Shown here: one piece after another, positions 21,145-31,000 of the stretch | Position numbering within the stretch: position 1 is the first letter of the stretch | How the letters are laid out: each line of letters begins with the position of its first letter | Source of the DNA: Candidatus Obscuribacterales bacterium | Lineage (GTDB): Bacteria > Cyanobacteriota > Vampirovibrionia > Obscuribacterales > Obscuribacteraceae | DNA: 64,000 nt | Assembly: GCA_965228855.1 (NCBI GenBank) | Contig: CBDDIJ010000003.1 | Coordinates: 224,001-288,000, forward strand | Reading direction: 5' to 3' | Made by a program: the position numbers and the translations under genes | The notes under the pieces: generated by a model | The model's input: the letters and a program-made list of their open reading frames with translations, nothing else | What the model was told of the DNA's origin: nothing | The model's database searches: none

Positions 21145-23151
21145 GTGGCTGACCAATCTGACAAGTCACATACAAAGAAAGTCTCGAGTGAATCGAGCGT
21201 TGAGAGGGACGCCTCCAGGACGGGCAGCGACCAGGCACAGGCGAACATGCCCGAACACTTGCAGCAAACCAGCATGGAAAAGAAGGCATTCGACAGAGCT
21301 GGGCTAAGTCCGACAGCTCGCAGCCATGTGAGCGAAACTTTTGGCCGTCCAGAAATTTCCGAAGAGAACGAAGGAACGAAAATTCTACATGTAGCAGAAG
21401 TCTCGGACAAGAAAGCCGTTAACAGAAGCGATTCGCATCTTTCATATACAAGAGGTCTTGAAGTCGCAAGAAATACTGCAGCGAATCCCGAAGAAGCAGC
21501 TCAGATGGAGGTTCAATTCACGAAGAAGTATATAGAGAGAAAGCTTCAGGAAGTCGCAACCACCGCTGGAAAGGATCCGGCAGAGCTTCGCAATCAGCAT
21601 AAGTATGATCCGGAAGATCCAAATCATGGTGGCACTTTTGAGATACCTCAGAATGTAGCCGACAAACACCCGGACGGTTCTGTGCTTCTCAAGATCAACG
21701 TCGCTGAGAATGTTCAGGCACGAGATGACACTCACTTGAGAAGTTCGCGGGATGGCTGGCTGGAAGCTGGTCGCAGAATAGCCGAACTTCCTCTCGATAA
21801 GCAGTTCGAGATTATTGGCTCCGGTCTTGCAGCCGGTATTAACCAGTATCAGCACGACGAGAACCAGCGAGCCTGGGGACGTGCTATCGGAACTGTTCAG
21901 GGTCTTGGCGCGGTATCTACTAATCTTGCCACAGTCGCCGACTTCAGTGCCGCGCTCATTATGAACGACGAGGATCGGGCCGGGAAAATGGGCGCGGAGT
22001 TCGGGCAAGCTCTGGGAGAGACCATCGTCGGTGGCGTGAGACTCTTCAGCGCCGCTGATCAGTACCTTTTCAGCATCGGATTCACAGGGGACTATGCCAA
22101 GCCGTTTCGCGACATCGTCGAACTTGGCAATTCCATGAATAGGAAGTGGGAGTCACTACCTCCGAAAGAACAGGAGCGCATAAAGTCTAAACTACTAACA
22201 GAGCTTGGAGCGGACACTCTTATCGGCGGAGCGGGGATTCACACTGCCACTAAAGCAGGAAAGTTCACTGAGTTCCTTGACGACTTTGCCGGGGAGATGG
22301 CGAAACAAGGAGCTAAGACTCTGGACGGAGCAAAAGATAGAGCGAAAGCTATCAAGGAAGGTGTTGAAGATCTGATGCTCCCGGAAGCGGTGACTCCTGA
22401 TGGACGGAAAATCAAGATAAGATCACATCGAGAGCCGCCTGATACCGCCGTTTACTCTCAGGCTCACGATCCTGGTGGTTCAGGAATACCTCATCCAGAG
22501 CGACCATCTGGCAGCGATTCCAGGCAACAAGGCGAACACATCAGGCACAGAGAGGCGGATGAGGATATCTTCAAGCCTAAAGATCTAGACCTTGAGATTA
22601 CCGAAGCACTAAAACTGCTGGAGCAACCACTGCTTGATTTTTTACGGGATAAAGACATCAAGGTCAAGGTCGTAGATATGGTATCGGATGTCTTTCCTGA
22701 TGATCCGACAAAAAAGAAAGCTTTAGGAGCATTCGATTGGGGGAGAAATACAATCTTCATTTCGAAAAGAGTCACGCATGGAGGAAATGTTATCGATAAC
22801 TTCGATATTGACTTTGTAGTTCGACATGAGATAGGTCACGCCGTTAACAGTAAATCCCTGGAAAAAGCTGGACTCTACTATTCGAAGCCGATTAAGTTGT
22901 CAGACAGAAATCAAGACTTTGTCGCAGCGTTTGATAAGGATCTTGAAAGCGTACCGGATGAAGTACTCAGAAAACTCAACTTTGATAAAACAACAGAAGA
23001 GGGCCTTCGGCATGCTCGAGATGAGGTCTTCGCCGATACCTTTGCTCATGCAACTGGTTTCTCGTCAAAGAACTCATGGTCTCAATTATTGAAGCAGTAT
23101 TTCAGAAATGCATTGAAACTTGCGGAGGAGGATGCGAATGACTCATTCTGA
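21145..23151 (+). CDS. Large protein with C-terminal zincin metallopeptidase (polymorphic-toxin-like)
   Basis: RHEIGH (HExxH) plus downstream DEVFADTF; Gly/Ala-rich central helices; low-complexity linker. Confidence 0.7.
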   Translation: MADQSDKSHTKKVSSESSVERDASRTGSDQAQANMPEHLQQTSMEKKAFDRAGLSPTARSHVSETFGRPEISEENEGTKILHVAEVSDKKAVNRSDSHLSYTRGLEVARNTAANPEEAAQMEVQFTKKYIERKLQEVATTAGKDPAELRNQHKYDPEDPNHGGTFEIPQNVADKHPDGSVLLKINVAENVQARDDTHLRSSRDGWLEAGRRIAELPLDKQFEIIGSGLAAGINQYQHDENQRAWGRAIGTVQGLGAVSTNLATVADFSAALIMNDEDRAGKMGAEFGQALGETIVGGVRLFSAADQYLFSIGFTGDYAKPFRDIVELGNSMNRKWESLPPKEQERIKSKLLTELGADTLIGGAGIHTATKAGKFTEFLDDFAGEMAKQGAKTLDGAKDRAKAIKEGVEDLMLPEAVTPDGRKIKIRSHREPPDTAVYSQAHDPGGSGIPHPERPSGSDSRQQGEHIRHREADEDIFKPKDLDLEITEALKLLEQPLLDFLRDKDIKVKVVDMVSDVFPDDPTKKKALGAFDWGRNTIFISKRVTHGGNVIDNFDIDFVVRHEIGHAVNSKSLEKAGLYYSKPIKLSDRNQDFVAAFDKDLESVPDEVLRKLNFDKTTEEGLRHARDEVFADTFAHATGFSSKNSWSQLLKQYFRNALKLAEEDANDSF

Positions 23152-23494
23152 CGAGAAACCCAAAAGTGCAGGTCAAAGAATGATTGATAGGTTGCTGCGC
23201 GGAGTTCCTGAAGAGGCTCGACTACCGGACAATGATACGACCGATCCACTCGAAGGAACTTGGAAGGAGTCCGCATATTTGGACGAAAACGGAATGTTGG
23301 TACTTAGATATTGGTCTCAAAAAGACTATGTTGTCGCGGATGGCTGGGATCAAGTGAAGCCAGATGAAGCTCATTATGCGGAACTCTGTGAAAAGTATGG
23401 TTTAAAAAAGAATGGAGATACCAGTCAGATTTTCAAAAGATTCATCGATGGAGACTGGGTCATTGTCGATGATAAGCCAAGTCCGGCAAGTTGA
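23138..23494 (+). CDS. Small acidic protein, candidate immunity partner
   Basis: GGAGGAGG RBS; ATG overlaps the upstream gene's last 14 nt. Confidence 0.65.
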   Translation: MTHSDEKPKSAGQRMIDRLLRGVPEEARLPDNDTTDPLEGTWKESAYLDENGMLVLRYWSQKDYVVADGWDQVKPDEAHYAELCEKYGLKKNGDTSQIFKRFIDGDWVIVDDKPSPAS

Positions 23495-23593
23495 AAGTTC
23501 GTTATCACCGAATCATTTGAGAGGCTCCGCTAGTGGATTAAGTCCCGCGGAGATCATGCCGTTTAAATCGCTAAATTTTAGTAAGTTGTGAAT

Positions 23594-24351
23594 TCAGATT
23601 TGTTTTGCGCGCATTGTAGTCTCTAGGTGGCCGACTGCTTTCTCACCAGCGGCGCCGACGAGTCGTTTCCGTGCTGCTTCACGATATTCTGGGTCCTCAT
23701 CCAGGAAGTGCTCCTTGAACAACTGGAAATCGACTACCAATCGATCGAGGACATTGCTTATCGCTTTGATGATGTTGTCTCTTTTCTCAGATGGTATTGA
23801 TGATTGGGGAATGTTTGCGCTGTGTGCTCGGGCAGCAGAAAGCTTAGATTGACCGTAATAATAAGTCTCCGGTTCGAGACCGTATCGGGGATAATCAGGC
23901 TCCAAGAACGGGTCTGTTAGGGACATTCCGAGCGCATGGTTTTCGTTGGAATAGGGCGGCCAAAACTGCGTCGGTCTCTTTCTATGAACGTCGTAATCAA
24001 AACTTCCCAAAAAATCTTTTCAAATTCGTATAGTGATATGTGATCGCTATTTTGTTTCTGTAATTTCCTGACACTCGGCGTTCTCAAAACGGACTTCCAA
24101 AGCTCTTCAAGTTGTTCTCGTTCTGAATCGCTTAAACCACTAACTCTGGTATCTGCGTATTTTATTTGATCTCTATTCGTCTTGCGGTTTCCCAGATCCC
24201 TGCCAGTGAAACTCCTCGATTTTGTGGTCCCGTTTGTTGATTCGGATGTATGGCCTGGCTCCGAGGAAGCAAGAAACATCACGGTTAACGTGATTGCACT
24301 AGTTGTTCGCGTTGAGATCCGGGTCTTCATTTGCACCGCTTTTGGTGTCAC
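23594..24351 (-). CDS. Hypothetical exported protein in two overlapping frames (possible frameshift)
   Basis: ORF 24351-23917 (signal-peptide-like start) and ORF 24010-23594 overlap at a T6 tract. Confidence 0.4.
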
Positions 24352-24441
24352 ATCAACACAGATTAACTTTCGTTGTGTTCAGGCCTGCTATTAATAGATT
24401 GCGGTCTATTCATGGACACGATCAATCTTACCAGCGACGGT

Positions 24442-25602
24442 CTAAATACCGCCGAGTTTTGGATTATATGGATGAAATTCGAATCTGTTAGAGCCTCCAG
24501 GACTGAAGTGGGTGCTCTGGTATTCCCGGTTGGACAGCACCTTTCCTGTTCCGACATTGATAGTTACCGTGCACGAATCTTTCGGAAGCGCTGCCTCTCC
24601 AAAAGGCGCTGCATCAAGTAGGAGGCTCCTAATCTTGGAAAGACAAGCTTTGTCGCAATAGCTGTCTCCCGATGTTTGTATCAGCTCTACGGAGGAAACT
24701 GTTTCACTTTTCTCGACCGTGAAACGAATAATTGGTGGACTGTAGCTGAAGCCCTCCGTCATCCACCATCTCCAAATTTTTTCTTTCAGTGGAAGCAAGA
24801 ATGGCTTAGCTTGAGTGAAGTTAAATGAATGCTCAAGAAACACATGTCGGAAAAATGAGCGCTGCCGCACACCTTGATTCATTGAAACGAAAACTGGCAA
24901 TGGTTTCGTTTCGCTGCTTCTTGCGCAGGCCGGCAGTGGTCCAAACTGTAATTTGCTGATGGCTTCGGCACACGCGATTGTCACCGAGAGATCGGGGTTA
25001 AAGAGGTCTGAGCTTCTGATTTTGTGAACGGTGCCGTCGTTTTCAATTTCGATAATAAAACAAGGCGCTCGCTTTGAATCTGTCTCTTGCCGCCAGCAAT
25101 TGTTGAGTTGTCTCTTAATGTTCGACAAGTAATTTGTTTCACCACATAGCGCATTGTATCTGTCGGCTTCTTCATGCTCATTCAGGGTTCTACCAATTTC
25201 CAAGAATCTTTGTTCAATCAGGAAAGTTCGCACCTTCGATTCGTATCTTGTCTTTGCGGGTTGAGCGAGAGCGACTATCGAACTTAGCTCGCGCAAAACT
25301 TTCGTTTCATTTGACATGTACTGAGTCGGTTTCTTGTCGTTTGCAAACTGGTCGCGCCACGGCAATAAGGTTGTTGCGCGATGTTTGGTCTGCTGGTTTC
25401 TCAAACTTATTCTGCTGCTGTACACACCCTGCGTGTCTTCTTCATTGAGGCGCCGAACGAACTCCAGCAACTGTAAGTGCGGTCGTTGCTGATTGATGGA
25501 GAAACTGGAAAACTCAAAAGATGCAACTACTGACGCTTCGGTGCGGATGAGCAAAAGCAGTGCTGCGATGCCGGAGACAAATATTTTGATCCCGTCAGTC
25601 AT
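24442..25602 (-). CDS. Protein with two TonB/TolA C-terminal-like domains
   Basis: IEIENDGTV...AEAISKLQFGPLP and FTVEKSETVSSVELIQTSGDSYCDKAC...APF; signal-like N-terminus. Confidence 0.6.
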   Translation of the reverse strand: MTDGIKIFVSGIAALLLLIRTEASVVASFEFSSFSINQQRPHLQLLEFVRRLNEEDTQGVYSSRISLRNQQTKHRATTLLPWRDQFANDKKPTQYMSNETKVLRELSSIVALAQPAKTRYESKVRTFLIEQRFLEIGRTLNEHEEADRYNALCGETNYLSNIKRQLNNCWRQETDSKRAPCFIIEIENDGTVHKIRSSDLFNPDLSVTIACAEAISKLQFGPLPACARSSETKPLPVFVSMNQGVRQRSFFRHVFLEHSFNFTQAKPFLLPLKEKIWRWWMTEGFSYSPPIIRFTVEKSETVSSVELIQTSGDSYCDKACLSKIRSLLLDAAPFGEAALPKDSCTVTINVGTGKVLSNREYQSTHFSPGGSNRFEFHPYNPKLGGI

Positions 25603-26032
25603 GAGTTCTTATCAAACGAAACAACGAAATTTTCATTACATCACGTTTTGGGGGGCAATGCCATTTTGATTCTAGAGCTGCCGCTTAGCGCTCATGCCGG
25701 AACTTAGCTCGGAATTGTATTGATTCTGTCCTGGATGGAGCCAGAGCGACTTTCCCTTTCTTCAGGGCGAGAAGAGGTCAGAATCTCTCTCTCAAGCATC
25801 TTCTGAAGATGTCCGAAAACCATATCGACTTTTCGCCGATTATAGCCGTTCCGTACTCCGAGTGTGCTTTTCAAACTCGAGCTGTCACTCGGTAAAATGT
25901 TGCGCTCGTTTCCGTGGATATCAGCATTCAAGCGCACGGGTCATATCAGTGTCGCTAGGATTGAAATGTCTGACCCCATCTGCGTAAAATCTCAAGTTCA
26001 CTCATGGATAGGAAGCACTACGAGGAGCGCAA

Positions 26033-26515
26033 ATGAATAAGCTTACAACGTGTCTTTGGTTCGATCATGGAAAGGCTCGTGAGGCCGCGGAATTTTACGC
26101 GAGCGTTTTTCCGGACAGTCATGTGGGCAAATCGCACGCTTCCGCCAACGACAACCCTTCTACTAAAGAGGGCGAAGAACTGACAGTTGAGTTTACCGTT
26201 CTAGGTCAGTCTTTCGTCGGTTTAAACGGCGGTCCGCTCTTCAAACCGAACATGGCTGTCAGCTTTATGGTCGTAACAGAGAACCAGGAAGAAACCGATC
26301 GCTATTGGAATGCAATCATCGACAACGGTGGTGAAGAAAGTAACTGTGGCTGGTGCACGGACCGCTGGGGTTTTGCGTGGCAGATTACTCCTCGCGCTTT
26401 ACTCGACGCGACCACCGACCCCGACCGCGCCGCCGCGAAGCGAGCGATGGATGCAATGATGACGATGCGGAGAATTGATATCGCGGCGATTGAGAAGGCT
26501 CGCAGAGGTGAGTGA
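26033..26515 (+). CDS. VOC-family (PhnB / 3-demethylubiquinone-9 3-methyltransferase-like) protein
   Basis: TCLWFD, LNGGP.F and CGWCTDRWGFAWQI motifs. Confidence 0.9.
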   Translation: MNKLTTCLWFDHGKAREAAEFYASVFPDSHVGKSHASANDNPSTKEGEELTVEFTVLGQSFVGLNGGPLFKPNMAVSFMVVTENQEETDRYWNAIIDNGGEESNCGWCTDRWGFAWQITPRALLDATTDPDRAAAKRAMDAMMTMRRIDIAAIEKARRGE

Positions 26516-26703
26516 TAGCGCACCACGGGTGATATCAGTTTAACCAATTGTGTTGTCCAGTCTAGTCAACCCATTGGAACGAGGACCGAAGTCCATTCTT
26601 TGTTATGGATTTGAAGTTCCGCAACGTGATTGTGTGAGCGCTTAAGCTGGGGACCTCAGCGGCCATGTTGCGGTCCTTAGGTTGTGCGAATATGTCAAAT
26701 AGT

Positions 26704-26725
26704 ATATAATTATCGATAAATATAT
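26704..26725 (+). promoter_or_regulatory. Palindromic operator overlapping the -10 box of hipBA
   Basis: ATATAATTATC|GATAAATATAT (10 of 11 positions pair) containing TATAAT at 26705-26710. Confidence 0.55.
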
Positions 26726-26744
26726 GCTATTGGATATAAAGGCG

Positions 26745-27035
26745 ATGAGTCAGCTAATTGAGGCATTGATACAGGCCCGTAAAGCTAAAGGTCTCAGTCA
26801 GATGGAACTCGGGCGCCGGCTCGGTGTGCCGCAAAGCTACATCTCAAAGTTAGAAAGCGGACGAGTAGACATTCGACTGAGTAATCTGGTTGACATCGGA
26901 CGGTTTCTCGAACTCGAACTTATGTTCGTGCCTACTTCGATTGCACCGAGTATCCAAGCTCTTTCAACCGTAGATTCGGCGGTTACGCCCCTTTATACTT
27001 TAGACTCGCTGGACGCAGACGATGATGGCAAATGA
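26745..27035 (+). CDS. hipB: HipB-like XRE HTH antitoxin
   Basis: ARKAKGLSQMELGRRLGVPQSYISKLESG; overlaps hipA; alternative start 26724. Confidence 0.85.
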   Translation: MSQLIEALIQARKAKGLSQMELGRRLGVPQSYISKLESGRVDIRLSNLVDIGRFLELELMFVPTSIAPSIQALSTVDSAVTPLYTLDSLDADDDGK

Positions 27036-28245
27036 TGGCGATGCGATTCAGATAAGTCTTAATGGTGTCAGAGTCGGCATGTTAAGCCGTTTGGTGAATG
27101 ACACCGTCATATTTGCTTTCGATCCTGATTATGAAGCTGATGTGCATCGACCAATTCTGAGTCTTTGCTACAAAGGTGCTCACAATGTTCTGGTGCCGGA
27201 CAAGATTCGATCTGCCGGTAAGCTACCTCCGTTTTTCAGCAACTTGTTACCGGAGGGGCACCTGCGAGATTACTTGTGCCTCAAGCATGGCATCAAGCCG
27301 CACAGAGAATTTCAGTTGCTAGGTTTACTGGGACGGGATCTACCGGGTGCCGTGACGGCGGAGCCCGTCGGAAGGCTCTCGGACGTTGTGGACGACGTTG
27401 CTGAAGCTCCTTCGGAAAGAGCGACTCTACGCTTTTCGCTTGCCGGAATTCAACTTAAGTTTTCCGCAATCACGGAAGCAACTGGAACGTTCACCATTCC
27501 CGCTAATGGCGAGGGCGGTTCATGGATCGTCAAGCTGCCCAGCGAAAGGCACCAAGAAATTCCTGAAACTGAATTCGCAATGCTCAAGTTTGCCGACCTC
27601 GTAGGAATAAAAGTTCCTGAATTCAGGCTGGTACCGACAAATTCCATTGATGGATTGCCTCGGGAATTTGGCAAGATCTCTTCGAACAGTCTTGCTGTGA
27701 AGCGATTTGATCGCACTGCATCCGGTGGCAGAATTCACATGGAAGATTTTGCTCAGGTTTATGGCTTGTACCCAGCAGATAAGTATGAACGCGCCGGCTA
27801 TGGCCATATAGCCAGAGTTATGTGGGCGGAAGCTGGACAAGAAAGTTATTCGGAATTCTTGCGTCGGTTGGTTTTTACGGTATGTATCGGCAACGGTGAT
27901 ATGTATCTGAAAAACTGGAGCCTGCTTTATAGAAATCCGACTCGCCCCGCGATATCTCCGGCCTACGATTTTGTTCCGACGATTGCTTTTATCGAGGATG
28001 ATAGGCTTGGCCTGAGTCTTGGTGGCAGTAAGGATTTTCAATCCGTGACGGTAGAAAAATTCAAAAAAATTGCCGCACAAGCAATGGCACCCGAGAAGCT
28101 AACTCTCAAAGTTGTCGGCGAAACGGTAGCTCGAATTAGCGATGTGTGGTCAAATCGACGCGATGAGTTACCGCTTAGAGACGAAACTAAAGCCATTCTC
28201 GATGGGCACATGTCAAAGCTACCTTTGTTAAACACTCGGCGTTAG
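27022..28245 (+). CDS. hipA: HipA-family kinase toxin
   Basis: PPFFSNLLPEG, FSLAGIQLK, RFDR, HMEDFAQ, GNGDMYLKNWS and SPAYD motifs. Confidence 0.92.
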   Translation: MMANDGDAIQISLNGVRVGMLSRLVNDTVIFAFDPDYEADVHRPILSLCYKGAHNVLVPDKIRSAGKLPPFFSNLLPEGHLRDYLCLKHGIKPHREFQLLGLLGRDLPGAVTAEPVGRLSDVVDDVAEAPSERATLRFSLAGIQLKFSAITEATGTFTIPANGEGGSWIVKLPSERHQEIPETEFAMLKFADLVGIKVPEFRLVPTNSIDGLPREFGKISSNSLAVKRFDRTASGGRIHMEDFAQVYGLYPADKYERAGYGHIARVMWAEAGQESYSEFLRRLVFTVCIGNGDMYLKNWSLLYRNPTRPAISPAYDFVPTIAFIEDDRLGLSLGGSKDFQSVTVEKFKKIAAQAMAPEKLTLKVVGETVARISDVWSNRRDELPLRDETKAILDGHMSKLPLLNTRR

Positions 28246-28359
28246 TATCTGGGAGCTGGTGATATCGTCATCTCGGCCGGAGCCGATGTGAGTGCATCCA
28301 AATAGCTGGATATACTTCTAACGAACTCCAGACTTCTAACCTTAACCCAAAGTTGAAAT

Positions 28360-28758
28360 TTACTTTGATGCTTTCTGCGGTGGTGGCACCCGGTGTTTAA
28401 CGGCTTGTTCCAATAGCTTCCGCAGCGCCGGTCGGTTTATGTCGTCGACTGATTTTATTTTGACGTGACGAAAGAGTTTACCCGTGCCTTCGAGCAGACC
28501 ATCGGGGTCTTGCAACTCGGCACCATAGTTGAAGCCGAGATTAACGTGAGCTTTGCAGGGCTGAATCCAGGCAAAATGTTCTGTCATTTTTTTAGGACCC
28601 GTGCCCAGACCAGCAATTTTCTGTTGCTCCCAGATCACTTCGACTGTTTCCGGCAATACATCGAAAACCAGCGTGCGAGTTGCTGTCGCCAGTTCACCGA
28701 TCTTTGGACTGAAGTCTCCGAGAATCCCTTTGAAATCGCTGCTCATACTCAACCTCAC
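28360..28758 (-). CDS. DUF1801 (YdhG-like) protein
   Basis: HVNLGF..GA.L.DP.GLLEGTGK..RHVKI signature. Confidence 0.85.
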   Translation of the reverse strand: MRLSMSSDFKGILGDFSPKIGELATATRTLVFDVLPETVEVIWEQQKIAGLGTGPKKMTEHFAWIQPCKAHVNLGFNYGAELQDPDGLLEGTGKLFRHVKIKSVDDINRPALRKLLEQAVKHRVPPPQKASK

Positions 28759-28837
28759 TTGAATCGCTAAGGCGTGAGTTCAGGGTATCAAGACAAACGA
28801 CCGGAGGCAATGCGATGTTTAGATAAGAATCATGAAT

Positions 28838-29884
28838 TTACAACGTCTGACGCTTCCTGAAAAGATAGTGGCAAACCATCCATTCTTTGCCGTCCTTGTA
28901 TCCCCAGAGTTCTGCGCAGGCGAGAAAGAAAAGTTTCCAGTAAACCCACCACTTTCTGACTTCGCCCTCGCCATAAGTTTTTGCAAGGATCGGTTCGATG
29001 TTTCCGCGATTGTCTTTCATGTTCATGAGCCAGTGTTCTGCAGTCTTTTGATAATGGACACCGGAAACTTCCCATTTCTCCTCGCACATCAAATCGTCCT
29101 GGAAGTGCATCGGCAAATTATTGGATGGCATCATGCCACCCTCGAAGAAGTGCTCTGTGAGCCAATCATTGCCATCCAGGTTTTCATAATGATATGGATA
29201 AAACCGATGCGTGAATATGTGCATGAAAAACAATCCACCAGGTTTGAGCCAAGTATCGATTCGCTTGAACATCTCCGCATAATTTTTTAAATGCTCGAAC
29301 ATTTCAACGGATACAACTCGATCGACTTTTCCATCGAAATGGAAATCGATCATGTTGGCGGTCACCACGGTGAGGTTTGAGAGAGAGCGTTTCTGCGCCT
29401 CATTATCGATATACTGCTTTTGGGTTGCGGAATTCGATACTGCTGTTATCTTTGACTGCGGGTAGTTTTCCGCCATCCAGAGAGAGAGTGAGCCCCAACC
29501 GCAACCAAGTTCCAGTATCGAGTCGCCATTCTTTATGCGCGCTCGTTCGCAAGTCAATTTGAGCATGCGTTCTTCCGCGACTTTCAGACTGTCGTCGCCA
29601 TCTTCCCATAACGCGCAGCTGTACTTCATGTTAGGACCGAGAACGAATCGGAAGAACTCAGTAGGCACCTCATAGTGTTGCTCGTTGGCGGCGTCTGTTT
29701 TAATCGCAACTGACCGAGTTCTCAAATCCTGGCAAAACTCGTCTTCTCTTCGTTGACGCTCTACCGGATCTTCAACGTGAAGCTCGCTCAATTTGTCGGA
29801 AAGCATCTTTTGAATACCAACTCTGATGAGCGTTTCCGGCACGTAATCTGTTTCGAGAATCTTGTAAATTGTTTGCATATTCAT
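28838..29884 (-). CDS. SAM-dependent methyltransferase (CFA-synthase / coclaurine NMT-like)
   Basis: ANEQHYEVP, KYSC, LELGCGWGS and SVEMFEH motifs. Confidence 0.88.
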   Translation of the reverse strand: MNMQTIYKILETDYVPETLIRVGIQKMLSDKLSELHVEDPVERQRREDEFCQDLRTRSVAIKTDAANEQHYEVPTEFFRFVLGPNMKYSCALWEDGDDSLKVAEERMLKLTCERARIKNGDSILELGCGWGSLSLWMAENYPQSKITAVSNSATQKQYIDNEAQKRSLSNLTVVTANMIDFHFDGKVDRVVSVEMFEHLKNYAEMFKRIDTWLKPGGLFFMHIFTHRFYPYHYENLDGNDWLTEHFFEGGMMPSNNLPMHFQDDLMCEEKWEVSGVHYQKTAEHWLMNMKDNRGNIEPILAKTYGEGEVRKWWVYWKLFFLACAELWGYKDGKEWMVCHYLFRKRQTL

Positions 29885-30670
29885 TTAAACGTTTTCTTTG
29901 GGAAACCACGGGAAAAACTCGCTGGTAGTTTTTTGATACCGCGCGAAAGCCGCTCCTCTATGTTCAAGCGAAAGTTTTTCCGCTTGTGGAACTCCGGTCA
30001 CTCTGGTGAGAAGCACATACATAATGACCGGGGCGTAGACCATGAAAACGCCCATATTGCTCGGGATGCAGAGGATAAACAATGCGCACCAGATCAACCA
30101 CTCGAAAAAATAATTCGGGTGGCGGCTGTACTTCCAGAGCCCGGTTTTACAGACGCAATCTGTTTTTCTCTTCTTAAACCTTTCCAGCTGTGCGTCAGCA
30201 ATCGACTCACCGATCAGGGCAATCGCGAAGAGCACCACAGCTGATATCGTATATGGCATTGAAATAGCGCGTTCATCCGCTGAAAAGCACAACACTGGTC
30301 CCATCAGTATCAAAACAGAAACACCTTGAAGCAGGTACATCAGGAAAATCTTGAGGTCGAAGTCTTTTTTCCATGCGGCTCTGAGTTGCTCGTAGCGAGG
30401 ATCGTCTTTCTTTGATTTAAAGAATCTAGCTGCTAAATGTAACGTGAGTCGTAGACTCCAGATGCCAACCATCGCGAGAATGATTACTGAGCGTTCCAGA
30501 CTCGGTTTCAAAATAACGACCGCCGCAATAGTTTGAATGAAAAAACTCAAAGACCAGAATATGTCGATGACGCCGATCATTTTTGTTTTCTGGAATAGCC
30601 CAAATGCAATCACCATCACAATTAATTCGATGACCGGTGCAGCAATCAGATAATCCAGAAGTGGTCTCAT
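29885..30670 (-). CDS. DUF1295 membrane protein (steroid 5-alpha-reductase-like)
   Basis: DPRY, ESIADAQL and GLWKYSRHPNYFFEW motifs. Confidence 0.9.
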   Translation of the reverse strand: MRPLLDYLIAAPVIELIVMVIAFGLFQKTKMIGVIDIFWSLSFFIQTIAAVVILKPSLERSVIILAMVGIWSLRLTLHLAARFFKSKKDDPRYEQLRAAWKKDFDLKIFLMYLLQGVSVLILMGPVLCFSADERAISMPYTISAVVLFAIALIGESIADAQLERFKKRKTDCVCKTGLWKYSRHPNYFFEWLIWCALFILCIPSNMGVFMVYAPVIMYVLLTRVTGVPQAEKLSLEHRGAAFARYQKTTSEFFPWFPKENV

Positions 30671-30999
30671 GCCTTACTCCTCAAAAGTAAGTCGCGCACG
30701 GTGTCGCCCGATTTAAGCGAGAGGAGCTGCTTTAAAACATAAATCGACATCGCAATATTTCCGAGCAGCATAATGAGGACGAACCACAGAATTCGCGCAA
30801 TTACGCTCGACTCTTTGTAGTACACCCAACAATAGAATGTGATGAAACCGCAATACGCATCCGCGAGCGTCGCAGTGAACCAGGGATGACCTGTCACCTC
30901 TGGCGGTATCGCAAAGATGTTGCATTGAGATTGGGCGAAGATGGTGAAAGTCAACATCGCCAGTAGTATCAGAGCAAAGGTAACTTTGAGTATCAACAT
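30667..30999 (-). CDS. DUF1475-like small membrane protein
   Basis: PWFTATLADAYCGF...WVYYKE...LLGN signature. Confidence 0.75.
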   Translation of the reverse strand: MLILKVTFALILLAMLTFTIFAQSQCNIFAIPPEVTGHPWFTATLADAYCGFITFYCWVYYKESSVIARILWFVLIMLLGNIAMSIYVLKQLLSLKSGDTVRDLLLRSKA

Positions 31000-31000
31000 A

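Noticed and set aside
25704..25937. 77-aa ORF between the TonB-like and VOC genes
   Set aside because: No RBS or recognisable motif; cannot be supported
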